From positions 22,878,001 through 22,942,000 of the forward strand of contig OX442314.1 of NCBI GenBank assembly GCA_949358305.1: a stretch of 64,000 nucleotides of DNA, read 5' to 3'. Position numbers and translations under genes: made by a program. This document shows, piece after piece, positions 63,556-64,000 of this stretch. The notes under the pieces were generated by a model. That model made no database searches, had not been told where the DNA came from, and saw only the letters and a program-made list of their open reading frames with translations. The first letter of the stretch is position 1. Every line of letters starts with the position of its first letter. This DNA is from Strigamia acuminata. Taxonomy: Eukaryota.

Positions 63556-64000
63556 CTGCACATGTGCAAATAAGGACTTTGAGTTTTACGATGCAGTCAT
63601 GGTGTGCTTTACTTACAATGGGAGGTGGGTGAGGTAGCGCATGTTAATGAAGAGGGTAATGATGATGCGTAAGTGAAAGGCCATATAGTGCAGGGAACAC
63701 AAGCAAAGGGTCGAGAGGAGTTTGAAAAAAAAGAGAGATTTAAAGAGGTTAAAGCGGTTTATTTTTTGCTTATAACCTTTATTATGGAGTGTTTTTTTTT
63801 CTTGACTTGGCATTCATGATGTCAGCTTGATGTGAAAATCGTGCCGAAGCAGCAACTTTTTATCAGCTGGTTCATCTTTTTCTTATTTTTTTTGTTGATT
63901 TTTTTTTATAGCGATTTTGGAGGTAACCGCAAACGGGGGGTGGGGGATCGTGGTATTTACGGATAAATCGAACATGCGCACAAAGTAAAGTTGCATGAAA

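Overview
AT-rich eukaryotic (animal, most likely arthropod) genomic DNA with many short GT-AG introns; no prokaryotic features. Genes reconstructed by hand: a secreted Gly/His/Tyr-rich protein (cut by the window edge), a small secreted acidic-propeptide protein, a small heat-shock protein, TRAIP/nopo, an L-gulonolactone-oxidase-like gene, CLN3, CDC14, CNOT4, RSPH14, a probable PRR19 homologue, a class C scavenger receptor and the 3' half of GABA-B receptor 2. About 3.1-11.2 kb is a rearranged TRAIP/GULO duplication cluster with inversions, pseudogenes and a Ty1/copia LTR-PBS-gag relic. Introns carry Tc1/mariner-pogo, hAT and Harbinger-like MITEs and minisatellites. Best leads: (1) the distal CDC14 exon stops at TGA-CTA and stays open for another 105 codons, a stop-codon readthrough candidate; (2) the intact GULO-like gene has lost its FAD-attachment and active-site motifs, a probable pseudoenzyme; (3) the orphan-looking gene head-to-head with RSPH14 carries PRR19-like motifs; (4) foreign DNA, partly copia-derived, at the inversion junctions of the TRAIP cluster; (5) an unexplained multibranch structured island between two convergent 3' ends. 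Homology calls come from motif recall, not database searches; coordinates were counted by hand.
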